Part shown: piece after piece, positions 10,345 through 20,020 of the stretch
Layout of the letters: the number at the start of each line of letters is the position of its first letter
Position numbering within the stretch: position 1 is the stretch's first letter
Source: a virus
Taxonomy: Duplodnaviria; Caudoviricetes
DNA length: 44,742 bases
IMG/VR virus record: IMGVR_UViG_3300037870_000089
Coordinates: 1-44,742 of that record
Direction: 5' to 3' (one strand)
Position numbers and translations under genes: made by a program
The notes under the pieces: generated by a model
What the model was told of the DNA's origin: nothing
The model's database searches: none
The model's input: only the letters and a program-made list of their open reading frames with translations

Positions 10345-11291
10345 CCAGACCATCAGTAGCGTACAAACCCTTCCAGTACCCTTGGGCTATGGAGTTAGCA
10401 GAAGACCATGAGAAAATTCATTGGGGCACATGGGAAGTCAAACTACAGGAGGATGTCAACCAATGGAAGGGTAACGAAATTACCCCTAACGAAAAGCATC
10501 ACATCATACAGATATTGCGTATGTTTACTCAATCGGATGTACAGGTTGCGGCTAACTATTGTGATATGTTCATACCATATTTCAAGAATAATGAAATACG
10601 AAATATGTTGTTATCGTTTGCGAATAGGGAGGGTACGCATCAACGTGCCTATGCCCTTCTTAACGATACACTTGGGTTAGAGGAGGCTGAGTATAGTGCT
10701 TTCCTTAAGTACAAGCCTATGTCTGACAAGATGGATTTCATAGCGGCAGGGGGTGGTACTCCGTATGACCAGAGCGAGGTAGGTTACGCATTAGCACAAG
10801 CCTGTATCAATGAGGGAGTGGGGTTGTTCTCATCCTTTGTGATGTTACTCAACTTCCAGAGGTTTGGAAAGATGAAGGGGATGTGCGAGGTTGTAGAGTG
10901 GTCCATACGGGATGAGACTAAGCATGTTGAGGGCATGGGCAGGTTGTTTAAGGAGTACCTTAAGGAGAACCACCGCATCGTTGACGATGAGTTTAAGGAA
11001 TACATCTACGACACCGCAAGAGAAGCGGTAAGGTTAGAGGACGAGGTAATCGACCTAGTATTTGAAGAGGGTGACATGGAAGGTCTAAAGGCTACTGAGG
11101 TAAAGGAATACATTAGGTATCTGACAGACAGAAGACTTATCCAGTTGGGACTTAAGGGTAACTTTGGCATCAAGGATAACCCCCTTCCTTGGGTTGATTG
11201 GGTTGTAGCAGGGGATTCATTCAAGAACTTCTTTGAGGGAACCGTGACAGACTACTCTGCCAGTGGAATGCAAGGAGAATTTGGATGGTGA
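10332..11291 (+). CDS. nrdB: ribonucleotide reductase class Ia beta subunit
   Basis: YKPFQYPW, FTQSD, EGTHQRAY, EGVGLFSSF, RDETKH, NFFE...TDY. Confidence 0.95.
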   Translation: MRGLTRPSVAYKPFQYPWAMELAEDHEKIHWGTWEVKLQEDVNQWKGNEITPNEKHHIIQILRMFTQSDVQVAANYCDMFIPYFKNNEIRNMLLSFANREGTHQRAYALLNDTLGLEEAEYSAFLKYKPMSDKMDFIAAGGGTPYDQSEVGYALAQACINEGVGLFSSFVMLLNFQRFGKMKGMCEVVEWSIRDETKHVEGMGRLFKEYLKENHRIVDDEFKEYIYDTAREAVRLEDEVIDLVFEEGDMEGLKATEVKEYIRYLTDRRLIQLGLKGNFGIKDNPLPWVDWVVAGDSFKNFFEGTVTDYSASGMQGEFGW

Positions 11292-11437
11292 TATGTGCTA
11301 CTAGATGCGAAAGGAACCAGTTTTGCTTGCGATACCAAATGAAGCGGTTCACTGAGAAAAAGGTAAGGGTAAGACTGTTCATGGGTGGTCCTAAATGTGA
11401 CCAATTTATAGACACTATAGACCAAACGGTCACATGA
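11285..11437 (+). CDS. small Cys-rich hypothetical protein (50 aa, not in ORF track)
   Basis: Translated by hand: MVICATRCERNQFCLRY...KCDQF...; AAGGAG RBS; ATGA overlap with next gene. Confidence 0.6.
   Translation: MVICATRCERNQFCLRYQMKRFTEKKVRVRLFMGGPKCDQFIDTIDQTVT
11404..11423 (+). promoter_or_regulatory. candidate late phage RNAP promoter
   Basis: ATTTATAGACACTATAGACC resembles SP6 promoter ATTTAGGTGACACTATAG; lies at the start of the structural module. Confidence 0.65.
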
Positions 11438-11610
11438 GTATGCCTGAAAAGGGGGTATATATTAGTGACGGGGTTGTGGCACATCTAGTTGCCATCTTCC
11501 CTGACACCATACCCAGAGATACTGAGAGTGACCTGCGGTATTTACAGGGTCAGCAGTCAGTAATTGACTACATCAAAAGATTAAACCAAGATTTGAAGGA
11601 GAACATTTAA
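11434..11610 (+). CDS. small pre-portal protein (58 aa, not in ORF track)
   Basis: MSMPEKGVYI...IFPDTIP...YLQGQQSVIDYI; stop abuts next ATG. Confidence 0.75.
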   Translation: MSMPEKGVYISDGVVAHLVAIFPDTIPRDTESDLRYLQGQQSVIDYIKRLNQDLKENI

Positions 11611-11856
11611 ATGTGCGGAAGCTCACCAAGACCAGTACCACCACCTCCACCACCTCCACCACAAGCCGCTCCTGCGGCAGTCGTGAATCCTGCACAGGCA
11701 GGGGAGCAGAGGGGACCTGAATTACGAATAGGTAATGCCGCCCGTACTTCAAAGACTAACTCTAAGAAGAAAGGCAAGAAGGCATTTAAGGGTACTAGCA
11801 TTCAGGGAGTTAACACCCCCCTAACTACTGGTTCAGGATTAAGTATACCCAAATAG
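11611..11856 (+). CDS. small virion/tail assembly protein (gp6.7/gp7.3-like)
   Basis: MC start, Pro-rich then Lys-rich, C-terminal GSGLSIP; immediately upstream of portal. Confidence 0.7.
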   Translation: MCGSSPRPVPPPPPPPPQAAPAAVVNPAQAGEQRGPELRIGNAARTSKTNSKKKGKKAFKGTSIQGVNTPLTTGSGLSIPK

Positions 11857-11866
11857 GAGATAAGGT

Positions 11867-13414
11867 TTGGAGCAACAACAGAGTACCGTTGCTCATAGGT
11901 ATCAACAATTAGAAGCATCACGTTCTTCATTTCTTCAAAGGGCTAGGGATGGTGCATTAGTAACCATTCCTTCTCTTGTTCCCCCCGAAGGGTCAACCAG
12001 TAACATGACCTACCCTTCCCCATTTCAATCAATAGGTAGCCGAGGATTAAATCATCTTTCCTCTAAGCTACTTGTGGCACTTCTTCCACCAAACGCTCCC
12101 TTCTTTCGACTGCACCTCGATGACGCTACCCTAGCAGAATTAGGACAGGACGAAGCAGGGAGAGGACAGGTGGAGGAAGCACTCTCTAAAATTGAGCGTA
12201 CTGCCATGCAAGAGATTGAGACACTAGCAATAAGAGTGCCTGTATTTGAGGCACTAAAGCAATTGGTAGTGGCAGGGAACAGCCTTATTTATCTACCTAA
12301 GAAGGGTGGTATCAGAGTATTCAGCCTAGACAAGTATGTTGTGAAGCGGGATGCTAGTGGCAACATCCTAGAGATTATAACTAAGGAAGCAGTTAGCCCA
12401 CTGATGTTACCGCAGGTAGCACAGGAAATGTTGGACGAGGTCAGCGACACTCACAAGTCACTGGACTTATATACCTATGTGAAACGAACAAACAACAAAT
12501 GGACAGTTGTCCAAGAAGTAAAGGGGACTGTCATTCCACAGTCTCAAGGTACATACCCCCTCGACAAGAACCCATTCATCCCATTGCGATTCAATCGTAT
12601 TGATGGGGAGGATTATGGACGAGGATTCATTGAGGAATATATAGGTGACCTCCAATCCTTGGAGTCGTTAACTCAGGCAATAGTTGAAGGCAGTGCGGCA
12701 TCAGCAAAGGTGCTATTCATGGTATCCCCTAATGGGACCACCAAGGCAAAGACATTAGCCCAATCACCTAATGGGGCAATCGTCCAAGGCAATGCCGCAG
12801 ACGTATCCACGTTAAGGGTTGAAAAACATAATGACTTTAGAGTTGCCCTTGATGCGACCTCAAAGATAGAGGAAAGGTTGGCGTATGCCTTCATGTTAAA
12901 CACGGCAATCCAGAGAAACGGAGAACGTGTTACAGCAGAAGAGATACGTTATATGGCACAGGAACTTGAAGGCGGATTAGGAGGCTTGTACTCCATACTG
13001 AGCCAAGAGTTTCAGCTACCCTTAGTCAACCTATTGCTGTCCCGTTTAGAGCGTACAGGCAAGCTACCGAAGCTACCCAAAGATACACTCAAGCCACAGA
13101 TAACAACAGGCATGGAGGCGTTAGGAAGGGGGCACGACCTCAACAAACTAAGCCAGTTCCTACAGGGATTGCAACCACTGGGTCCAGAGGTGTTAGCTAG
13201 TGAATTAAATATAGCCGACTACATAGACAGACTAGGTGCGTCACTTGGACTAGACACCAAGGGCTTAATCAAGACTGACGAACAGAGGGCACAAGAAGCC
13301 GCTCAACAACAACAAGCACAACAAGGACAGTTCCAACAAGACATGATGCTTAAGTCAGCTTCAGGGGTGACCAAGGAGATGGCAGGTGAAGTCAGGAACC
13401 AAATGAATCAATAA
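11867..13414 (+). CDS. portal / head-tail connector (gp8-like)
   Basis: TTG start with AGGAG RBS; QSIGSRGLNHLSSKL, GEDYGRG, ERVTAEEIR, EALGRG. Confidence 0.96.
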   Translation: MEQQQSTVAHRYQQLEASRSSFLQRARDGALVTIPSLVPPEGSTSNMTYPSPFQSIGSRGLNHLSSKLLVALLPPNAPFFRLHLDDATLAELGQDEAGRGQVEEALSKIERTAMQEIETLAIRVPVFEALKQLVVAGNSLIYLPKKGGIRVFSLDKYVVKRDASGNILEIITKEAVSPLMLPQVAQEMLDEVSDTHKSLDLYTYVKRTNNKWTVVQEVKGTVIPQSQGTYPLDKNPFIPLRFNRIDGEDYGRGFIEEYIGDLQSLESLTQAIVEGSAASAKVLFMVSPNGTTKAKTLAQSPNGAIVQGNAADVSTLRVEKHNDFRVALDATSKIEERLAYAFMLNTAIQRNGERVTAEEIRYMAQELEGGLGGLYSILSQEFQLPLVNLLLSRLERTGKLPKLPKDTLKPQITTGMEALGRGHDLNKLSQFLQGLQPLGPEVLASELNIADYIDRLGASLGLDTKGLIKTDEQRAQEAAQQQQAQQGQFQQDMMLKSASGVTKEMAGEVRNQMNQ

Positions 13415-13423
13415 GGAAGATGA

Positions 13424-14215
13424 ATGGCAGACCTAAATGAACTTAATACGCACTCTGAGGAGTCCACGGAGGACCCAACATATATCGAAAAAATGGTGGC
13501 TAAAGCAGATGGGGCGGAGGATGGAGAACTCGACCTTGCTACTCTTGATGAAACACAAGAGGAAACCGTACCTGATTTGGAAGATGCGGCAGAGGATGCA
13601 CAACCAGAATGGTTACCCTCAAAGTTTAAGACACCCGAAGAACTGGCTAAAGCGTATGAACAGTTAGAGAAGAAGATGGGGGAGAACCCTCCTGACGAGC
13701 GAGAAGACCTAGACCCAGAAGCACCACTCGACTTTACTGGTATGAGTACCGAATACTGGGAGAATGGTGAGTTACCAGAGGCTAGGTATGCAGAGCTAGA
13801 GAGCAAGGGGATACCCCGTGAAATCATAGCTAGTTACCTAGAGGGTCAGCAAGCGATTGTAAGTGGTATTCAGCAGTCAGTGTTCACTGAGGTAGGAGGT
13901 GAACAGCAGTACATCCAGATGATGGAGTGGGCACAAAACAACCTCTCTGAATCTGAGGTTGCCATTTACGACAATTCAGTGAATAGCAACTCTATGGAGA
14001 ATACGTTGTATGCAGTCAAAGGACTACATGCACGATATGCAAGTGAGGCGGGTGTTGAACCCAACCTCATTAGCGGTGATGGCACAAGCTCCACTGGCTC
14101 CACATACCAATCTGCCGCAGAAGTTAAGGCAGACATGAGTAACCCCCTCTACAAGACTGACCCTACATTCAGGGCTACAGTCGCAAAACGATTAAGACAA
14201 AGCAACGTATTTTAA
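13424..14215 (+). CDS. capsid scaffolding protein (gp9-like)
   Basis: Acidic; PEWLPSKF...LAKAY..LEKK, VGGE..Y..M..WA, DM..P.Y..DP.FR..V. Confidence 0.92.
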   Translation: MADLNELNTHSEESTEDPTYIEKMVAKADGAEDGELDLATLDETQEETVPDLEDAAEDAQPEWLPSKFKTPEELAKAYEQLEKKMGENPPDEREDLDPEAPLDFTGMSTEYWENGELPEARYAELESKGIPREIIASYLEGQQAIVSGIQQSVFTEVGGEQQYIQMMEWAQNNLSESEVAIYDNSVNSNSMENTLYAVKGLHARYASEAGVEPNLISGDGTSSTGSTYQSAAEVKADMSNPLYKTDPTFRATVAKRLRQSNVF

Positions 14216-14217
14216 TT

Positions 14218-14233
14218 TATCCCGCACGGGATA
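14218..14233. repeat. palindrome A upstream of capsid gene
   Basis: exact TATCCCGCACGGGATA. Confidence 0.9.
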
Positions 14234-14337
14234 ACCGCACAACCCAACCCTTAAGAAGTTCTGACCCGATTACGATTGGATAATCATCCGACTTAATGAA
14301 CAGGAGTGCTACACACACACATAGGTAGAAAAGAAAC

Positions 14338-15390
14338 ATGGCATTACCAGACCAGAACCCTAGTAGATTAGGGCAATTAAACCAATCGGCAAGTGATAAT
14401 AGGGCGTTATTCCTTAAGCTGTATGCAGGGGAAATCCTGACAGCATTTGAGGAACGCAATATCTTCATGCCGTTACACCGTTCACGCACAATTAGTAAGG
14501 GCAAGTCAGCTAGTTTCCCAATGGTAGGAACTGCGACTGCTAAGTATCACGAACCCGGAACCATGATTGAGGCAGACGCTCTTAATCACGGGGAACGTAC
14601 TGTTACCGTTGATGATTTACTCATCAGCACACAATTCATTGCCAATGTTGATGAAGCAATGAACCACTGGGATGTTAGGTCTGTATATAGTAAAGAGGCG
14701 GGATTTGCATTATCCAACACAATGGATAAGAACATCGCTCGTATCATTGCTAAGTCAGCATCCATCACAACGGCGGCAGAAGCGTCAGCCGCAGGTGCAT
14801 CTAGTGGTGTTACTGGTGAAGTATTCACGAATAACATCAACATTGGTACCACAGACCTTCACACTAAGGACGGCACCAAGATTGCTAAAGCCATTTATGC
14901 GGCACTAGCAGAATTTGACAAAAAGGACATCACGGGCGAGAAGGTCTGTGTACTCCCTCCTGAACAATATTATGCACTCTTTAATGTAGAGGCTAGTGTT
15001 ACCAACCTAGCCTACATGAATAAAGATGTGGGCGGAAGTGGTAGCTTCAGTTCTGGACAGGTTCCAGTAATTGGTGGCGTTAAGATTCTAATGTCGAATC
15101 ACCTACCTTCTGATAACTCATCCTCTACTGCGGGTAACAACCCTAACCCTGTACCGCTAACTGCGGCTAACGGTGGTAGTGGGCGTAACCTTGCCTATAA
15201 TGGCAACTTCTCTAAACTGAGAGGACTCATCTTCGCTGAAGATGCTGCCGCTACAGTTAAGTTGTTGGATTTGGGCGTTGAGTCTGAATATCAAATCGAG
15301 CGTCAAGGCACCTTAATGGTAGCCAAGTATGCTTGTGGTCACAACATCTTGCGACCTGCATGTGCTATTAGCTTAAATAGTAATGTATAA
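14338..15390 (+). CDS. major capsid protein (gp10-like)
   Basis: ALFLKLYAGEILTAF, RTISKGKSASFP, DVRSVYS.E.G.AL, AKYACGHNILRP. Confidence 0.97.
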   Translation: MALPDQNPSRLGQLNQSASDNRALFLKLYAGEILTAFEERNIFMPLHRSRTISKGKSASFPMVGTATAKYHEPGTMIEADALNHGERTVTVDDLLISTQFIANVDEAMNHWDVRSVYSKEAGFALSNTMDKNIARIIAKSASITTAAEASAAGASSGVTGEVFTNNINIGTTDLHTKDGTKIAKAIYAALAEFDKKDITGEKVCVLPPEQYYALFNVEASVTNLAYMNKDVGGSGSFSSGQVPVIGGVKILMSNHLPSDNSSSTAGNNPNPVPLTAANGGSGRNLAYNGNFSKLRGLIFAEDAAATVKLLDLGVESEYQIERQGTLMVAKYACGHNILRPACAISLNSNV

Positions 15391-15424
15391 TAACCAAACA
15401 TGACTTAGTACCTCATGTAACTTT

Positions 15425-15462
15425 AAAGGCTCCACCAGTTAATTCTGGTGGGGCTTTTTTTT
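15425..15462 (+). terminator. intrinsic terminator (T-phi equivalent)
   Basis: GGCTCCACCAG-TTAATT-CTGGTGGGGC followed by T8, directly after capsid gene. Confidence 0.9.
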
Positions 15463-15478
15463 ATTCAAAAGGAACGAT

Positions 15479-16063
15479 ATGCTACCAACAACCAAACTGG
15501 AAGCACTCAATGAAATGTTGACATGCGTGGGGGAAGCCCCAGTTAACAGCATGACTACTGGCTATATCCAAGCACAGATAGCAGAGGGCATTCTGGATGC
15601 AACAACAAGAGAAGTGCAGAGCAGAGGGTGGAACTTTAATACTGAAGTTGATTGGACTATAAACCCTGACCTAGATGGCAACTTAAAGCTACCCGCCAAT
15701 GTGTTAAAGGTGGATGGGGTAACTCAATCTGCCGAGTTCAACTGGGTGATGAAAGATGGCAAAATGTACAACAAGGTTTCACACTCATTCATTTCGACTT
15801 CAGCATTAAAGGTCAATATGGTTCTCTTGTTAGAGTTCCAATCTTTACCTGAAGCGGCAAAACGATACATCACCTTACGGGCATCCCGTATATTGCAAGA
15901 CAGAAAGACAGGCTTACCAAACCTGCACCAATTCAACCTCCAAGACGAACACACCGCTCTCATTGAGCTACGAGATATGGATATGGACACAAATGACTTC
16001 TCCATATTCGATAGCTTCGACACATACCAAATAATTAACCGAACAGGAGGCAGGGTCCGATGA
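15479..16063 (+). CDS. tail tubular protein A (gp11-like)
   Basis: LEALNEML..VGEAPV, VQSRGWNFNTE, LPE...YIT.RASR. Confidence 0.95.
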   Translation: MLPTTKLEALNEMLTCVGEAPVNSMTTGYIQAQIAEGILDATTREVQSRGWNFNTEVDWTINPDLDGNLKLPANVLKVDGVTQSAEFNWVMKDGKMYNKVSHSFISTSALKVNMVLLLEFQSLPEAAKRYITLRASRILQDRKTGLPNLHQFNLQDEHTALIELRDMDMDTNDFSIFDSFDTYQIINRTGGRVR

Positions 16064-18963
16064 CTTATATCTCATCCACTATACCTAACCTAATAAATGG
16101 AGTATCGCAACAACCTGCCCGTTTCCGATTAGCTACACAATGCGACACCCAAGTTAATGGGGTTAGTTCAGTAGTGGATGGGCTAAAGAAACGACCCCCT
16201 TCCGTCCACCACAATGAGGTGGGCACGGCAGTCGAACCACAAGATGAAATAATTGCGACAGAACAGATTGTACTTGATAACTACCCAGTGAAAGTGGGTG
16301 ATGTGGTATCAGAAGGACACGACCTAACTGACCAAGAGAAGATAGATGAAATAACGTGGATTGGGGGTGGTGGTGCCCCTAACCCTTGGATGTATACTGA
16401 CCCCGACTCCAACAACCAATGTACGTCAGGCTACTGCCTGACTATGAAGAATACAGGGGATTGGATGCCCACTCTTTACGCAACCATCCCCTACATACTA
16501 GCAGTATCTAGTCAGGGTGGGTTGAGGGTTGGTGATGTATTCCAACCATATATTGAAGGTGGTCCCTTAACGTGGGACGAATCCACCTATATCAAAACAC
16601 TAGATTTTAATGATGGGGAAGTCTATAACCTAGTCATCACCCCCGACCTCCTAGAAGTGTATAACGAGGCAGGGGAGCGGTGCCAACTAAGTAGTGGCTT
16701 TAAGAATAGCCAAAGGGCAATACGAGCAAGCCTAAGACAGAATGCCGTATATCAGGGGGAGACTGATGAGTACGGAGAACTCCTTACTCCCCACACCCCT
16801 ATGTCGTACCTTTCGGGTATAACCCACCCACGCAACGAAATTAGGACTGCATCCATTGCAGACCACACCTACATCATCAACCGTAATGCCCAAGTAAAGG
16901 CAACCAACTTTGATGATGATGAGGTAGTGGGGGAAGAACAAGCAATAGCGTATATTAGTGCGGGGGATTACAGCTCTACCTATAAAATAGGATGGAGAAT
17001 CGAGGGTTGGATAAAGAGTGCAACATCTCCTGCGGGTGCCACAGGAGAGAACATTGTGTGGCTACCAACCACTCATGGTAATGACGGTTCAGTGTCCCTG
17101 ACAACAAACGACACTTCTCTTGTTGCGAATGAGCAATACATAAAAACCGACTATATTGCAAGCCAACTAGCAAGTGCCCTTAACGGTGCCGCCAACTTTT
17201 CCGACTACTTTACGGCTGTCGTTGATAATGGGAACCTTATTGTATGTACTCCTAAAGAAGGGTGGGGACCCAACGGGGATGGTAGTGGGCAATCAATACA
17301 CCTCACTGCATATGACAGTAGAGGAGGCACCCACCTAAAATGTTTTAATGAGTCTGGGACCGTAGAGTTTAGCGAGTTACCCGCTCATGCCCCTACAGGA
17401 TTCAAGATAAAGATACAGGGCAACAACGACCGTAACGAAGATGACTATTATGTGGAGTACAAAACGGACCACTGGGAAGAAGTGTACGGTCACGAACACC
17501 AAAGAAAGTTTGATGAGAGTACGATGCCCCATGTACTTATTAGAACGGGCACTAATGAGTTCGCCTTCCTTGAATACGAATGGGACCCTCGATATGTAGG
17601 TGACGATGACCTTAACCCGTTCCCTCAGTGGGTAGCGAGTGAAGGGGAGGAAGGTGGTACCATTAACGACATCTTCTTCTACAGGAACCGTTTAGGATTC
17701 CTGTCAGGAGAGCAGGTGACGTTGAGTGAAGTAGGTTCCTACTGGAACTTCTTGGCTACCACCACCCTCGTCAACAAAGACAGTGCCCCCATCAATATAG
17801 CGGTTAGCACAGACGATGTTAACACCCTTAAGTATGCCGTACCATTTAATGATGACCTACTACTGTTCTCTGATAACAACCAATTCAAGCTAACAAGTGG
17901 ACAAGTCTTAGCACACGACACGATTCAGGTAGATGTAACTACTCGATTTGAGGCAGACCTTAGTTGCCCCCCTTTAGGTGCCGCTAATTTTATCTTCTTT
18001 GCTACCGCTAAAGGCAATCACGGTGGTGTGCGTGAATACTTCACAGCAGGGGATGGAGAGGGCAACAATGCAGACGATATAACAAGTCACATACCTAGCT
18101 TCATACCACACACGCTACGGATGATGACATGCTCCACCACCGAAAACATGATGGCAACTATTACTGCTGAACCAACAAACGAGGTCTTCCTTTATAACTA
18201 CTATTGGGTAGGTAAAGAGAAGAAGCAGAGTGCGTGGCACAAGTGGGATATGGGTGGCGAGGTGTTGAATATATACTTCCAAAGCTCTACGCTCCATGTG
18301 GTGGTGAAACGGCAAGGCAAATACTTTATGGAGTCCATCAACTTAAGCTCAGATGCTAGTGATGACATCCAAGATTATGGGCATGGTCCCCTCCTAGATA
18401 GACGGATTCGCCTAGAAAATGGGTGGACTACCGAAATAGAAAACATTCCCTATTATGATGGGGAGGAGGTGGTAGTCATAAACGAGAAAGGGAACAGTAT
18501 AGTCCCTGCACTCTCTACCACCACCGTGCTAAAAGAGTACATCACAGCCTATCTGGATGCTAACCCAGATGACAAGCTACACATTGGCACCCCCTATACA
18601 TTTGAGTATGGATTCAGTGAGTTCTTGCCCCGTATAGGAGGCAGTGCGGTCAACCCTGACAATCTCACCATCAAGAGTTTGAGTGTTGAATTTGACAGAA
18701 GTGCGTCCTTTGAGGTATCCATCACACCCGCCACTGGGCAGACACAAAGAGCAAGCTCGACACGGGAGTATGGCACCCGAATAGGTAGCTCTCAAAACTT
18801 AATTGGGCAGGTGAATGTGGATAGTGGCAACTTTAAGATTCCTGTTTGGGGGGATTCCCGTCACATACGGGTGGGCGTAAGAAACGCAACACCTTACCCC
18901 TCTACATTTCAGTCAGCAGAGTGGGAAGGGACTTATGTTAAACACGGAAGGGAAATGAAATAG
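16060..18963 (+). CDS. tail tubular protein B (gp12-like) with insertion
   Basis: IPNLINGVSQQP, GLKKRPP, TMPHVLIR, FFYRNRLGFLS, QSAWHKW, SAEWEG. Confidence 0.93.
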   Translation: MTYISSTIPNLINGVSQQPARFRLATQCDTQVNGVSSVVDGLKKRPPSVHHNEVGTAVEPQDEIIATEQIVLDNYPVKVGDVVSEGHDLTDQEKIDEITWIGGGGAPNPWMYTDPDSNNQCTSGYCLTMKNTGDWMPTLYATIPYILAVSSQGGLRVGDVFQPYIEGGPLTWDESTYIKTLDFNDGEVYNLVITPDLLEVYNEAGERCQLSSGFKNSQRAIRASLRQNAVYQGETDEYGELLTPHTPMSYLSGITHPRNEIRTASIADHTYIINRNAQVKATNFDDDEVVGEEQAIAYISAGDYSSTYKIGWRIEGWIKSATSPAGATGENIVWLPTTHGNDGSVSLTTNDTSLVANEQYIKTDYIASQLASALNGAANFSDYFTAVVDNGNLIVCTPKEGWGPNGDGSGQSIHLTAYDSRGGTHLKCFNESGTVEFSELPAHAPTGFKIKIQGNNDRNEDDYYVEYKTDHWEEVYGHEHQRKFDESTMPHVLIRTGTNEFAFLEYEWDPRYVGDDDLNPFPQWVASEGEEGGTINDIFFYRNRLGFLSGEQVTLSEVGSYWNFLATTTLVNKDSAPINIAVSTDDVNTLKYAVPFNDDLLLFSDNNQFKLTSGQVLAHDTIQVDVTTRFEADLSCPPLGAANFIFFATAKGNHGGVREYFTAGDGEGNNADDITSHIPSFIPHTLRMMTCSTTENMMATITAEPTNEVFLYNYYWVGKEKKQSAWHKWDMGGEVLNIYFQSSTLHVVVKRQGKYFMESINLSSDASDDIQDYGHGPLLDRRIRLENGWTTEIENIPYYDGEEVVVINEKGNSIVPALSTTTVLKEYITAYLDANPDDKLHIGTPYTFEYGFSEFLPRIGGSAVNPDNLTIKSLSVEFDRSASFEVSITPATGQTQRASSTREYGTRIGSSQNLIGQVNVDSGNFKIPVWGDSRHIRVGVRNATPYPSTFQSAEWEGTYVKHGREMK

Positions 18964-19428
18964 ATGGACACATTTAGGGCTTATAGCCGAAAGGCACGGA
19001 AGAAGGACTGTAAACAGTTGGCAAAAAGGATGAGAGACAGTGACATTCTCGAAGTTAAAGCGAGTCATGGTCACACCCCCTACCAAGCATTGATGCGTTC
19101 ATTTTTAGTAAGCGACTTTTGTATGAGCATTATATACAAGGGTGAGGTAGTAGGCATGTGTGGAGTAAGTAGTCTAGAAAAAGGAGTAGGCTCCCCTTGG
19201 TTATTGGGGTCAAATAAATTGGTCAGTGTACCAAGAATCACCTTCTCCTTTCTGAGGCAGTCCACCAACTGGGTTACCAAGCAACAAGTTAAGTACCCCC
19301 TCCTCCTAAACTATGTGCATGCTAAAAACGAGGCATCATTAATGTGGCTCAAACATTTGGGATTCACCTTTCTACGAGAAGTCGAATTTAGAGGTGAACC
19401 CTTCTACGAATTTGTAAGGATTAAATAA
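18964..19428 (+). CDS. gp13-like protein (DUF2833 / GNAT-like fold)
   Basis: MR.SD..EV, PWLLGS, NYVH..N......WLK.LGF, FYEF; synteny. Confidence 0.85.
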   Translation: MDTFRAYSRKARKKDCKQLAKRMRDSDILEVKASHGHTPYQALMRSFLVSDFCMSIIYKGEVVGMCGVSSLEKGVGSPWLLGSNKLVSVPRITFSFLRQSTNWVTKQQVKYPLLLNYVHAKNEASLMWLKHLGFTFLREVEFRGEPFYEFVRIK

Positions 19429-19429
19429 T

Positions 19430-20020
19430 ATGTGTGAACCAGTTTCAATAACTATGGCTATAGCGTCTATTGCTATGAGTGCAGTACAAAGCAAAATGAA
19501 AAACGATGCTAATGCTGTGGATTACTATGAAAAGGTTGCCGCCTCCCGTGCCCAACAGAAAGAGACGATGCGTCAGTCTGCTGAAGACAGGGACGCTAAG
19601 ACCCAAGAACAAATCAGACAGAGTGCTGTCGATAAAAAAGAATATAGCAACGACCAACTTACCAATGCGTTAGAGGCAGAAGAGTTACGAGGGAAATCCG
19701 AAGCTCAGAATGCTACCTTTAGTGTGGCTAGTTCGGTCTTTGACACCACAGACCGATTCATTTATATGAAGATGCAAAAGAATAGGACTAGCAACATATG
19801 GAACCTGCAAGAGAAAGGCAGAAACATTAAGGCGGGGGCAGAGCAGATGTGGCGTAAACAAGCTAACCGAAATTATAGTGGACGAGCCAAGAACTATAGA
19901 CCTCCAACCAACACATTCGGTATGGATATGGCGGCAGGTGCTATTGGGGGCTTAAGCACAGGGCTATCCACCTATGGGTCCATGAAGAAATCGGGACTGA
20001 TTAAGGGAGCAACTCCATGA
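19430..20020 (+). CDS. internal virion (ejection) protein, gp14-like
   Basis: MCEP start, hydrophobic Ala-rich N-terminus, Gly-rich C-terminus; synteny. Confidence 0.8.
   Translation: MCEPVSITMAIASIAMSAVQSKMKNDANAVDYYEKVAASRAQQKETMRQSAEDRDAKTQEQIRQSAVDKKEYSNDQLTNALEAEELRGKSEAQNATFSVASSVFDTTDRFIYMKMQKNRTSNIWNLQEKGRNIKAGAEQMWRKQANRNYSGRAKNYRPPTNTFGMDMAAGAIGGLSTGLSTYGSMKKSGLIKGATP

Noticed and set aside
15398-15418. ACATG-N11-CATGT as a motif B operator
   Set aside because: Spacer is 11 rather than 7 nt and there is no promoter context; may be a small hairpin before the terminator
15340-15420. T7 10B-type capsid frameshift extension
   Set aside because: No slippery site recognised; tandem stops and a terminator follow immediately
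18961-18966. TAG recoding suggested by in-frame TAG-ATG junctions
   Set aside because: gp12 and gp13 have normal termini, TAA-ATG junctions also occur (11610, 26944), and core genes are not fragmented by TAG
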